This document shows positions 49,930-63,200 of a stretch of 64,000 bases of DNA, piece by piece. The stretch is from NCBI GenBank assembly GCA_016748015.1, contig JAAOMT010000760.1, positions 296,219-360,218 on the forward strand, written 5' to 3'. The notes under the pieces are model-generated. The model searched no databases, was not told the DNA's origin, and worked only from the letters and a program-made list of their open reading frames with translations. The stretch's first letter is position 1; each line of letters begins with the position of its first letter. The stretch comes from Geosiphon pyriformis uo1. Lineage: Eukaryota; Fungi; Glomeromycota. The translations under genes were made by a program, and so were the position numbers.

Positions 49930-51306
49930 ATGAATACACAAAAATACCAGCAACTCCAGCATTATATAAATATTCAATCATTCAAAGAAAAATTATTTCA
50001 AAAAGAACAAAACAACATAAAACAGCAATTAAAATATTTTATCAATTATCAAAATATACTTTACTAGAAAAACAGAAAAAATTCTGACCAACCAACCAGA
50101 GTAATTACAGAATCAAAAAAAGAAACAATATTGTTTAACATGTACTTAGACCCAATAGCAGAACATTTTCATAAAGAAACAACCATGGAAAGAACCAAAA
50201 AGAGATACTATTGGCCATCAATGTATCCAGACATCATCTAATATGTTCAGAATTGTGATACTTGTCAGAGAAAAAAAGAAACCAGACTAAGTAAACTATT
50301 AAAACCAATCAAAGTGGAACAACCATTTGATCAAATTGGAATTGATCTAGTCAGACCATTAACAATTACCAGCAGAGGCAACAGATATATTGCAGTAGTC
50401 ATGAACTATCTCACTAAATGGCCAGAAGCAAAAGCCATTCAAAGAACAGATGCAGAATCCATTGCCAAATTCATCTGCCAAGATTTGATCTGTCGATATA
50501 GATGTCCAAAAGAATTACTATCAGATCAAGGAACTCATTTTGTAAATAGAACATTGACAGAATTAAGTCAAAGATTTGGGATAAAAAAACCATTATTATC
50601 ACCATATTATCCATAAACCAATGGGTTAATTGAAAGATTTAACAGAACATTGTGTGAAGCAATCACCAAGATCAGTCAAGAAAACCAGGACGAATGGAAT
50701 TTGTTCATACCATCAGTACTATTTGTTTATCAGACAATGAAACAAGATACCACACAAGCAACACCATTTGAATTAGTATATGGTAGAAAAGCAATATTAC
50801 CAGTTGAGATAAAAGTCAACATATATCCAACTGAACCAATAACAGAAGCTAATTTCCAAGAAACATTGTTGAAAAAAATTTATGACTTAATGGAAACACT
50901 AGAAAACAGACAAAGAAAAGCAGCTGATAACATTCAAAAATTACAAAAAAAACAAAAAAAAAGACATAACAACCAATTACCAGATAAACCAGTTGAATTC
51001 AAAATTGGAGACAAAGTACTTCTACATTGTACCAAAGTGAAAAAACAATGGAGTAGAAAATTTGACCCCAAATGGAATGGACTATTTCACATAGAAAAAA
51101 TTCTTGAAAATGGAGCTTATAAATTAAGATGAGACAACAAAATCTTAGCCAAAGCAGCACATGGTGATCGACTGAAACCATATCACCAAATAGCATCATT
51201 ATCTATCAATAACATTCTACAATTGGGAGTACAATAAATATTAGTCCAACCAGATGAGATTCCACAAGATCTGGAACCAATCATAATTATTGGACCAAAC
51301 ATATAA
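49930..51306 (+). pseudogene. int: Integrase ORF of D
   Basis: ATG MNTQKYQQLQHYI, rve core CPKELLSDQGTHF; 459 codons. Confidence 0.9.
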
Positions 51307-51367
51307 AATCAAACAATTAAAAAAATATATAAAGACACAGTATACATGACAAAAGCAACTAAAAAAA

Positions 51368-52003
51368 ATAGAAATACCAGATTATATTCATACTATAGCT
51401 TAACAATTATTTCAGGCCTTAAGTCAACAACTTTTAGACATGAAAATTATTGTTAACAACCAAACAATTTGCTATCAAAACACCAAAAAAAAGACAAAGA
51501 ATACACCATATTAGCGGTTACCAAAGAATAATAAAAACTGGTCAAATAACATAATAGAAAAAATAAAAAACACTTTTGGGAAAATACCTATTATAGTACC
51601 AACAGAAGAACTTACAAAAGAGAATTGAAAACAATGAACAGAACAACTTCTAATATCATACTGTTACTACTAGTTAGGTCGAAAGTTGAATATTCAGGAG
51701 TTGTATATTAACAAATCCAAGAAAATATTTAACCAAAACATAATACAACAAATTGAAGACTTTATTGAAAAGAAGACAAACTTAATACTACATGTGAGAA
51801 CAATTTACTGACTGCACAACATATTTTAGAATTATCCAGAAATATTGTTATATTTTGACATAGAAACTATAATCATTAACCAATAAAAAAAAATAAACAA
51901 TGTACAAGTAGAAAACATGAAAAATAAAGTCAAACAAACAATATTAAAAAAAGAAGTATTAGAGCTAATTCAGAATGAAGATTTCAACAGAGCTCAATAT
52001 TAA
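51368..52003 (+). pseudogene. ORF3 of D
   Basis: (M>I)EIPDYIHTIA(Q)QLFQAL...DFNRAQY* ending at the PPT. Confidence 0.75.
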
Positions 52004-52017
52004 AAAGAAAGAGATAA

Positions 52018-52926
52018 TGTTACTTATAAAAAGAAAACAGATATAGAAAAAATAGTAGACCAATAAGTGAATAGTATTTAACACGTGAGCACATTGCTCA
52101 GCAATATAGAGCAATAACAGAAATCATGGCATATTGTTCAGCAATGTGGAACAATATCAGAAAGCATGGCACATTACTCAGCAATATGGAGCAATGTTAG
52201 AAAATTAGGGCATATTGTTCAGCAATGTGAGTATTGCTTAAGAAATCATAGCACATTACTTGGAATTGTGAGTGATCTCGTAGAACATCAATTATGTATA
52301 TATAACAGTAGTGTTAGAAGTAAAAAAAAAGAATTCTTCTATTAAAGACCTTCCAGCTTAGATTTTATTAAAGCAACCTTCCAATGCACAAATATCAATA
52401 AATAATTATTCTCTATCTCAAATTCACTATTTACTATCAACACTTTATGTTGATAGTAATTGATACTTAACTACCCTGAAACAATAGCTCTTGATCACAG
52501 CTATTGATGGGATACTAATTTGCAATTGCTTTTACTCATTTTTTTATTTTCTTTTATTTTCTTTTATTTTCTTTTGTTATTTCTTTGGTTTTACTAAAAT
52601 TGATTAAGAATTAAGTGCTAAGATACAGACATCATAGAGACTGGTAAAAGACCTGTGAAACAAGAATAAAACACTCATAGATTTGAGGATAGCTTACCAA
52701 GAAGATTACCAGCCACCATGCTGAGAAAAAAATTTGACAAAACTGCAGTTTTGGGAAGCTACAAATAAAACCATCAATTAAAATCTCTGTCCATTATACA
52801 AAGAACTCCACAACAAAACCTTCAGATAAACTACACCTTCAGATATCATCAACATTAACAAATTAATTAAGCACCAAGTTATGAATTTATTATTTGCTTT
52901 TAGACTCTAAATAAACACCTGTAACA
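52018..52926 (+). repeat. 3' LTR of D
   Basis: Pairs with 22353-23161; about 100 bp longer from extra ~40-bp U3 repeat units (52088-52260). Confidence 0.93.
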
Positions 52927-54617
52927 TTGGGACATTTAGCTAACAGTTTACAACTCCATAACTCTGTGCTTGAATAACTCACCAAAAATTCCATTAGCAT
53001 TAGCAAAACTAATTAAGCCAGCCAACAGATTTTTAGTCAGCATTTGCTTAAAAGTCCTTAAATTATATAGCTCTAGATAATATAAAGCTTTATTTGGAAA
53101 ATCCTTGGGCAGATTGGCCTTGAGCTTCAATTTTTTCCTTAATATTTTGTCTTACTTCTTATATACACTCTTTAAAACACAACTAAACTGCAGTCTATAA
53201 TCAATTATGGGTTGTAAAACAGCAAAAACCAAATACAAAAACTGCTTTTCAGTAATGGCTTTCCTCAAAACCACATTTGAAAAGAATCTGACATCTGAAT
53301 AAGCTTTGGCTAAGCTCAGCTTTAACAGACTATCTGTAGAAAAAAAAATTCCTGAGTATTAATAAAACTTATGCCTTTTGATAATAAAGATATTAAAGCC
53401 ACTAATAGATAGTGAAACCTCTTTAACTCCTTAATTAATAAGAATGGTAACTGTTTTATTTGTATTAATAAAAATATCATTAATTAAAAAAAATTTACTT
53501 GCAATGTTCAAAATACATTGTGTAGGCACCATGCAATTTTCAACCCAAATAGTGTTATCCACAAAGGCACTAGCTGTAAAAAAAGAAGCTTTGCCATCTT
53601 TAGAGTTCACTTTATCAGTCCTTGTGAAAAATTTTAAACTCAATTTGTAATCATATAATTGCTTATGTCTTTTGATCTTACAAAGCAAAGGATTATAGAA
53701 AATTCTCCACAACAATGGTAAAAAGACTTCTTCTTAATCCAATTCATTGTGAATAGTATATTCATCAATTAGTTCAAAGTCTGTCATTACCTAGTTGATT
53801 TGATTATTGTGTACACTTCCAAAAAATTTTATAAAATAGAGATACATCTTAATTTTAATTAAGCTGTTTTACAAATAAAACCAACCAACTGAGTCATAGA
53901 CTTTTCACATGTCTTGAAAAACTAATCACAGCTCTCTGTTCTTTTCTAACATATTCTCAATAATAAAACCAATAGCAAAAATCAGAGCTTAAGTGAACAT
54001 ATCTTTCAGAACTGAAAAATTATTGCCATAAAAAACCTTAAATTTACTACAAGCCAGAGATATTCTGTCAGAAAGAATTTTGAACAGTATCTTCTGGGCT
54101 GTTTTGATCAAGACTATAGGTCTGATATTGGTGAGTGTCCCTTTCCAATTATATGGCTTTGGTATCATAGAGACTCAAGCCTGTTTCTACTATAAGGTTA
54201 CTGTGTCTAACACTAAACATGCATTAAAAATATTCAACAAATCACTTAGAATTTGAGTATCTTCATGCTTTCAAAGTTTGTTAGGAATACCAGAAATACC
54301 AGCAGCTTTTCCATTAGACAATTTTTTAACCACTAAAAGAAACTTATCAAACTTAATTTTACACATAATATTTAAAAATACATTATTATTAACATAGTCC
54401 AAAGAAACATATTGATTAAATCAATGAGCAGGCAAAGAGTTGGAAACAACATGTTTCCTTGTTTATTCTTCTATAATAACATTAACAACAGATTTAACTT
54501 TATCAGGCACTAAAATTAACTTGTTATTTACTATTAAATAGTTGAGCACAACTTTTTTAAATGATCATTCCAAAACACTTTTGATCATACATCTTTTATT
54601 AGAACAAAAGTTTTTCA
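52927..54617 (-). mobile_element. LINE 1 ORF2, reverse transcriptase region
   Basis: LWRIFYNPLL, AFVD(D>N)TIW, KAAGISGIPN, RPIVLI; homologous to LINE 2 RT. Confidence 0.88.
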
Positions 54618-55449
54618 TGTTACTCTTAAAATATAGGAAGTATATTAACATATAAATTAGCCAATCAGAAGTAGCCATAGTAAATGTGGAATTCCAAGAT
54701 TCTTCTCAAAGAAATTGCAAGATTCTAGGAATTTCAGAATTTTTATACAAGGAATCACAAGATTCCAGAATTCCAGGATTTCTCTTAAAGAGATTGCAGA
54801 ATTCCAGAAATTCCAGAGTTCCTGGTATAAAGAATTGAGAAATCAAAGAATCTCAATTATGTATATATAGCAATAGTATTAAAAGTAGAAAAGACAGATC
54901 TCTCAGTTTAGATTTCATCTAAGCAATTTTCGAAATAACAAATATCAATAAATAATTATTTGTTATTTCAATCTACTCTCTACTATTAATACTTCATGTT
55001 AATAGTAATTAATACTTAACTACACTGAAACAATAGCTCTTGATCATGGCTATTGATAGAATACTAACATTTATTGCCTTGGCTTATTTTTTTTTTTCTT
55101 TTATTTTCTTTTTTTTTTCTTTTATTTTGTTATTTTTTGTTGTTAACTAATTGATTAAGGATTAAAGCATTAAGTTATTGATGTCAAGAATTGCTTGGTA
55201 AAAGACCCCTGTAAGTAGATAGAACATGTAAAAAATATGGATTGCTTACTAAAAGATTGCCAGCCATCAAGCCAAAAAAAGAATTGCCAGAATTGTGATT
55301 CCAGAAGACTATTAAAACAACTATTGAATCTCTGTCTATTATATAAAAGACTCCACCAAAACCTTCAGATTATAACAATCATATTAATTATTAGCACCAA
55401 GTTATAGATTTGTTATTTGATTCGAGGCTCCAAATAATTATCTGTAATA
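54618..55449 (+). mobile_element. Solo LTR G inserted in LINE 1
   Basis: TGTTAC...TGTAATA with no PBS after it; LINE ORF2 rejoins across it. TSD is degenerate (CCAT-like). Confidence 0.85.
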
Positions 55450-56699
55450 TTATCCATTTGCCTATTGTCTTCTTGATAAAAATGTCCCTAGCAATTTTAG
55501 ACTTGTAATATTTGGATCTTTGGTACACTTTTTTGACTCTTAACAGGTGTTAAAAAATGTTTTTTTTTGCTCTCACTATTACTAAATATTATGTGTACTT
55601 TAAAGACCTCCTTATTATCGAGAGTAGATTACACATTAAAAAAGCATTTGGTTTCTGCTTCCTGATTTGAGCTTAAACATTTTACCAACTTGGTTATTAG
55701 CAATTTCAGCCTAAAAAACTTTGAAGACTGCTTATTTTTTGAACAATTAAACTCACTAAACCAGTACTTAAAAAACACTTTATTGGCAGAGCTTATTATT
55801 ATCTTCTTAAGGATTTTCTACATAGTATCTAAATTTTTAACATTCTTTACACCATTGAATTTGTCCATCTTCTCCAAAAATCTGCATAGTGAATATACTC
55901 TAAAGTGTGACTACTTATTGACATCTATATCTTTAATCTTGAACTTCCACTTATCCTTGTTAGCCTGCATACAATCACCATTAAAACAGGTATTTAAGAG
56001 ATCACTCAGACCAACTAAAACCAAAACAACATTATGATTAATGTCAAAAAATTCAGAAACAGAAACAACTTTATAATTGGCCACTGCAAATAACAAACTT
56101 TTGCTCATAAAAATATAATTGATAACCTTTATGGCATTATTCAAGTTGTTTCAAGTAGAAGCTTTGACTAATAAATATCCACTAAAGGAATTGACCAAGT
56201 CCAAATCCGAGCAGAACATAAAACTTGTACTTTTTCTAGATCTATTTTTATTGAAATCTCTACTTAAAATTATGAATGTAAAGGAATTAATGGCCTTAGC
56301 AATAAAAAAATTGATTTCAAAAGATTGACTAAATCTGGTCTTAGTAAAAGCACCAGCATATAAGCTTAAAATTACTACTAATAGCTTGTTTTTAAAAAAA
56401 AGCCAAACAGAAACAAGCTAATCAAGAACTTCTTTAACCTTAGAAACATGATACACAAGAGAATTCATAATAATCACCACCCCAGCACCAAAAAACTCTT
56501 TGTCTAAGCTAGAAAAAAATATTTTTACTTTATCAAATTTGTTTATGATCCATGGCCTGATACTAGACCTTAACTTTATTTCTGTAATAATAGAAACCAT
56601 ACTTTCAAATTCTATATGCCAATAAACAATGTTTTCTTGCTTGGCAGAGACATTGATACTTCAAACATTGTACATAGCAAATTTTCAAACCAGATCCAT
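55450..56699 (-). pseudogene. LINE 1 ORF2 N-terminus (apurinic-like endonuclease)
   Basis: ATG at 56699, MDLV(W)KFAM.NV..IN, SIITE, GAGV, IDYIF/DH-like remnants. Confidence 0.8.
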
Positions 56700-56701
56700 T
56701 A

Positions 56702-58530
56702 TTAAGAAAAACAAATAATAGGAACCAAACCAGTATTGTTTATTTTAGCTAAAAAGCCCATAACTGTGATTGACAAATTGTTCAAAGTTTCTTCCATTTT
56801 TGAGATAACTAAAGAATCAAAAACCACTGTTTCTACAATATTTTTATTACTAGTAACTACACTTAAACTTTCACTTATTACTATATTCATCCCTTGATTT
56901 TGTGATGAAAGAATTATCAACAGCTAATATCCAGGACTAAACTAAGAAACTGTTGGCCCAAGTATGTCCAATCTCTTAGCCAACTTGTTAACACATTTTA
57001 TGAGACTGACAAAACTATGTTCAAGAGCAGCAAACCTATTGTTCAATTTCATAAACATCATCAGGACAGGTTTTATTTCCAAAGAGGAACTAGGAGCAGC
57101 TAAGTTATTATATACTAGAAGAAAAAAGAATGAAAACTTACCAACAATTTTGGCCTAAGAGACATCACCAAAAGAAACAGAATAGGAGATTGGAGCAGAA
57201 CATTTAACATAAATGAATGCCAGCCTGCTTTTATTATTATCTAACAGTATTCTGTAAGATGGGCCACCAAGAAATAATTTCTTATATATAGAACAGTTTA
57301 AAAAAGTATGACCCAATTTTTTATACTTAGTATATTTAGCAAAAACCAAACAAGACCAGCACAAATTAACACTTCTTAAAACAGGTGTAGTTTTCATAAC
57401 AGTGTCTAGTGAATCAGCCAAATCAAAACAAACAACAACACATCTGGTTTGGGCATACATAACAGGGTGTTAATTGATAACACAAGTCTTCTTACCCACA
57501 AAACCAATAAAGTTCCAAATGTTATAAGCATTGATGCCCATCAGCAATATATAGAGCAGTGCCCTATATTGATCTTTTGTGTTCCATGATTTCTTATTTA
57601 TATTAGTCTTAGCTACCTTTATGGCATTTTTCTCAATTAAAATAGACCATCTAGCTGCAACCAAATCAGTCTGATCCAAATAGGTAAACTCTATCACAGC
57701 TTTTTGTCACAGTTCTACCAATTGTATTTTGATTGACACAATAGCACCAAACTCAGAAAGCACAGTGCACACAGCCTTAGCTAAAATACCAATTAGGATC
57801 TCTTTTAATACCACAGCCCAATCTGAATAACCAATAGATTTTCTAAGATCATTGTTTACTAAGATTTTTACCATCTTTGTCATATCTGAAGCTTAAGCCA
57901 AGCTTGATTCAGAAGTGAATGTTGTTCTGACAATCTCAGCAAATTTTAAAGGAGTAAAAACCTCTCCAAAACCATTAATACCTGAAAATAATTTCCTAAC
58001 CAATATGCATTTTTCTTAAAACATTTTTTCAGGAATATTATTCAGCCCAATATTTAAAGCAAAAAATTTATGAACAAAAACATTGACCAAATTTTTTAAG
58101 AGAAAAGAGAGTTTCAGAGAAGTATTGAAAAAATTTCATCATCATTACCACTACTTAAGAAAATAATTTTCCCTAATGACTTATTCAATGCCTTCTTGGT
58201 TTTGATTTACAAATCTTTAAGCATTTGATCAGGATCCCTATTAACAAAAACACTACCTTCATCATAATCAAAGCTGGTTTTTTTTACCAAGCACTCCTTC
58301 TCTATATCAATACTATTAGACTCAGTGGTATTACCAGTTTTTAAACTCCATGAACAATCATCTTGAATTTTAGCCAAAACTTTTTTATTATTGACACCAT
58401 TTTTCAAAGCACCACTTCTTTTTTTCTTTCTTAGTAAAACAGTTTTGAAGCCACCATTAAAGCCAGAATCTTTAACAGTTTTTTTTATAACAGCAATACT
58501 AAAGCCAATAATAGTCTCATAATCAAACAC
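56702..58530 (-). pseudogene. LINE 1 ORF1 (RRM-like regions plus decayed CCHC knuckle)
   Basis: VAARWSILI, RALLY, RCVVVCFD, KYTKYKKLGHTFLNC (decayed CxxCxxxGHxxxxC); stop directly before the ORF2 ATG. Confidence 0.75.
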
Positions 58531-58559
58531 AAATGGTTTGAATTTATTATATTGAATTG

Positions 58560-60290
58560 TAAAAAAACTTCTTTCAAAAAACTTTTTTGACCCTTTTTTG
58601 GGAATTTGGAATGAAAGAGAGAAAGAAGTTTTTTTTTTAAAATTTTTTTTATTATAATACTCTTATTATTTATTAATTTAGTTATAATTATTATCATTTT
58701 TTCAGAAATAAAAAATGTTTAAATTATTTTACCAAATTTTAAGAAAATAAAAATCTTCTAGAATTATTTATATCAAAAAATATATTTTTAATAGTTTTTT
58801 AAAAAAAATATATAATTATTCAAAATATTATTATTATTACTATTAATATCAAAGTTAATTTATTTAAAAAAATTTTTAAACACATATTTTGTCACAATTT
58901 TTGGCTTTTTAAGAGTTATATTAATATTTTTTGGCTTTAATTTATCTTTATTTTCAAGCTAAAAACTGGTTTTTTCTATTAAAAACTTTTTTTTTATGTT
59001 TATACTTTTTAACTTTGTGGTGTTTTTAGTATTTAAACCAATGTTACTTATAAAAAAAAAGTACAAAATAAAAATAAGAAAAACAGATTATAAAATAAAC
59101 TAATAGGAGAATAGTACTCAATAAATAAACACATTTTTAGAAAATTATAACATATTTTTAGAAATGAGCATATTTCCAATAAGTAGTATAGAAAAAAAGC
59201 AAAAATGTATAGAATTTTATATAACATAAATTATATATATAGTGAGAGTATTAGAAACAGAAAAAACAAAAAAAAAGTTAGAAACAAATAATTATTAAAA
59301 TATCTTTTTTTTTAAAAGATAATTTTTTATAATTTGAAAAAAAATCATATCCATATTAATAAAAATATCTATTACTATCCAATTTATATTGTCATTACTT
59401 GATTAAAAAATATTAATTACTTTCATATTATCAACAATTTATGTTGATAAAATTTAATATGTAATTATATTGAATCAATAACTCTTAATTATCTTAAATA
59501 ATTACTTGTAATATTAGTTATATTATTAGTTAAATCAATATTTTAAAAAGTATTTATATTGATTCCAATAATTGGTTTTTTTAAAATATTATTTTTGTAT
59601 TTTTTTTAGCATTTAAATTAGTTATAATTAAATTAATATTAGATTTTTTCTTAATTTTTTTTATATTTAAATCACTAATAATATTAATAATTTTGTATTT
59701 AAATAAAAAAGATTATAAAATATTAAATTAAATAATAAAATATATAAAAAACCAAAAAAACTTCTTTTAAAATTATTATTTTTTGAAAAATTTTTGGATA
59801 AATAAAAACAAGAAGTTTTATTATTATTAATATTATTATTTTTTATTTTAATATGTAAAATCTAATTATTATTTAATATGATATAATAAACTAAATATTT
59901 TAAATTAAATATAACTTATGTAATTTTTATATATAATTAAATATATAAACTTAATTAAAATTAAATTATATTAAATTAACAAAAGTTAAAAGTAAATTTA
60001 ATTTACTAAATTTATTAATATAATTATTTAAATTTTAATTATTAAAAATAAACCTACTTAAAAACAATTTAGTTTTTTTATATTATGTTTAATATTAAAA
60101 TTATTTATTTATTATAGTATTATTAAATATTTAAAAATTAAATTATTTAATAAAAATATTATAAAAATATTAATTTTAATATTATCTATTTAATTAAAAT
60201 TTATTTTAATTTTAAAACAGATTTTATTAATACAATTAAATTAAAAATTTAAGATTTCAAAAAATTTAAATTTAAATTAATTTTTTTATT
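58560..60290. other. Extremely AT-rich low-complexity tract
   Basis: Almost devoid of G and C; contains relic H. Confidence 0.85.
59042..59513 (+). mobile_element. Highly decayed, internally deleted solo LTR H (C/D-like)
   Basis: TGTTACTTATAAAA start, TATA/GTATTAGAA block, TATCAACA-TGTTGATA hairpin, ACTTGTAATA end. Flanks CCAA/TTAG are compatible with a CCAG TSD. Confidence 0.6.
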
Positions 60291-63200
60291 ATAAGTTTTA
60301 CGAATAAAGCCCAACCACTATCTAATACATAGAATCAAACTAAGTAGAACCAACTAAATACAGTTTATATACAGACCACATATGGCCAGCCACTCAGACC
60401 AAACAAGACAACACTATACATCTATAATAACAAAAGCATCATCACTCAAACCAGAGAAAAAATGACACAATTTGCACCTACCAAACTTAACAGCAAAAGA
60501 TTCTATAACACCAAGTATGTGAAACTATACTGCTAGACAAGCCAGAAATCACACTATTATTTCTAACCAAACCAATCTTTTCTATTTCTGCTTTATGCTT
60601 GGTCCTAACAGTCTATATTTGAGTATACTACAACTTCACCACAAATCTGATATATTCTACTAAGGTCTGAATAGCTTTTTTTTTTCCCTCAAAAACTGAA
60701 ACAGCTTCAGCATACCAATCTCTCATTACAAAATCCTTGTATACTGCTGTATAAAGACTCATATTCAAAGAACATGATGAGAATGAAAGCAAAATAGCAA
60801 ACAGAAATAAACTCGAAAGACTAGACATTGACATCCATTTTTCAGTAGCTTCAACCAAAATGTCCCCATGGAGACCAGAGTTACCAGAACAAGTAAAAAC
60901 ATGATTAGAGAACTCTATCTCATCACACAGCAAACACAAAACATCAGGATAACTTCTGCTATACAACCTTTTTTTAATTGCAACCAGCAGTTACTTATAT
61001 ATAGCTTTCATCAAATACATGCATAAATTGGCTGACTTCCTACTGGTGAACCCAGAAAGCATGTGTGAATCAGGATGCCAAATTGTTGCAGTAGCATCCC
61101 AATCTATTTTTTTAATCATAATATTCGGAACTATATTAAAACCTAGACCAGCCTCCCAATGGGCACAGCATATCAACCGATATAAGTCCCAAGCAAAATG
61201 ACAAACATTGTCAGATATGGCAGTTTTCTCAGCAACTAGAAACCTTTTCCGGATATTAACTGGCAAAGAAAGGGATAAAAAAGTAGTCTCATTAGCCAGC
61301 ACATCAGTCTTTATGTTGCCCAATACATCTAAATGTCTTTTAACCTTTACCCACTTAATTGAAATATTCTTGTTTTTAAAAAAATTGACAACTTGCAATC
61401 TTTCAATCCAACATTAATTACAGAAGTCAGGTGTAGTCAAAGAAGCCTCGGAAATACAGGCATTAATCGCAAATTAACTATCTAAGTACAAAATCACTGA
61501 GCAAGAAGATAGAACACACTCCAAGGCCAACATTACAGCTTGCAGTTCAGCTAAAGTAGAAAACAAAAGTCCAGCAATCTTAACTCCAATGTCCGTGTTT
61601 GCAGCCAGAAAGTATGCAGCTGCTCTATCTGCTGCCTCAACAGAACCAGCACATTTCAAAGACCTATCTGTATAAATCTCAATACAATCAGACCACACCT
61701 CTAGTAGACTATCATGAACTTCAGAGAACCTATTAGAATTCAAAACACTCAGCACATTCTTCTTAGTAGCAGTAGCAGTTCTAAACCCCAAAGAAATATA
61801 ATTGTTCATAAAATTAAACATCAAAGAAAACCAGTAAGGCACAGGGCCTCTTAGGTCCAACTGCTTCTAACGCCAAAATGTTTTTCAGTCCATCATCTTT
61901 TCTTTCTTGTCAAGAATTCTGTCACCAAAAGCAACACCAAAATGCTTCAATGAAAAAACGGACTTGTAATACAAAGACTAATCCAAAATGTCAGACATTA
62001 GAAAATCACCAGGCCCACGAAAGGCACAAAATAAATTGTTTGTTAAAGATAATTCATTCTCCAAAAAAATCTTCACCACCCCTGCCAAGAAATTGTTAAC
62101 AGGACTAACATACAACCTAACAGGGAATTGTAAAAGATTCAAAGAAGACCATCTCAGAACTTGCAAATCCAAAAATCTATGATTAAATAAATGGCCAAGA
62201 ATGCCATGACCATTAGAAAATGAAATCAGTAATGCCAGTTTTCTTTCAAATTGCACTTGCTCAAAGAGCTTCAAATCATATAAAAAAAGGTAGTACAAAA
62301 CCTCACTGAGGAAGTCACATGGTAAACTAGCTTTGGCTCTAAGACCTTTTCTAATTATAATATCCCACTTATGACACACATCTAAAGTAACAAAACTGAA
62401 CTGTGCACGATAGCTAACAATAGGCTACAAAATTGCCAAAACCAAATAACAGAATTGTTTGTCTATAATAGTTTTTTGTAACACTATATTAGAAAAAAAC
62501 CTGATATTTTTATGGGCTTGAGCCAAACTGGGCTTAGAGAAATCCTCAGTTGACAGAAAGATACCCAAATATTGGTGTAACTCACCCTTTTTAGCAATTG
62601 AAATTGGCAATCCATTGATTAATAGCGAAGCATTCTTAATCCCTCCCCCCAATTGATAGAAATCACTACCATTTTATCATCATTAATTGAGATGTTATTG
62701 ATTACAAAAAATTCACTTGCAATATTTAAAATATACTGTGTAGATGTTTGACTACTTTTAATCCAAATCATATTATTAACAAAAGCATCTGCAACCAAAA
62801 AGAAGGTTTTTTCTCCACTTGCCTCAATCCTGTCAGACTTTGCTATAAACTTAGAATCAATTCTATACTCACATAATTGCTTATGCCTTTTTATTTCACA
62901 CAAAAGTAGATCATAAAATATTCTCTAAAGCAGTGGGAAAAAGATCTCCCCTTAATCTAACTTATCATGTACTTTATAACCATCCAAAAGCCCAAAGTTA
63001 ATCATTACTTTGTTAACCTGGTCTCTATGAATGTTGCCAAAAAATTGGATGAAATGTCCACACATTTTGATGCAATGCAAGCTTGCTTGCAAATGATGCC
63101 AGCCTACTGAATCATAAGCTTTGCACATATTCTGTAGCACTAACCAGAACTCTTTGTTTTTCTCCAAAGCATTCTCAACAACTAAGCCAATAGCAAAAAT

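Larger units (their letters stand above)
22353..52926 (+). mobile_element. Ty3/Gypsy element D (interrupted by E and F), inserted in LINE 1
   Basis: LTRs at 22353-23161 and 52018-52926. Flanks CTAG/TTGG fit a decayed CTGG TSD. PBS at 23164, PPT at 52004-52017. Confidence 0.92.
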
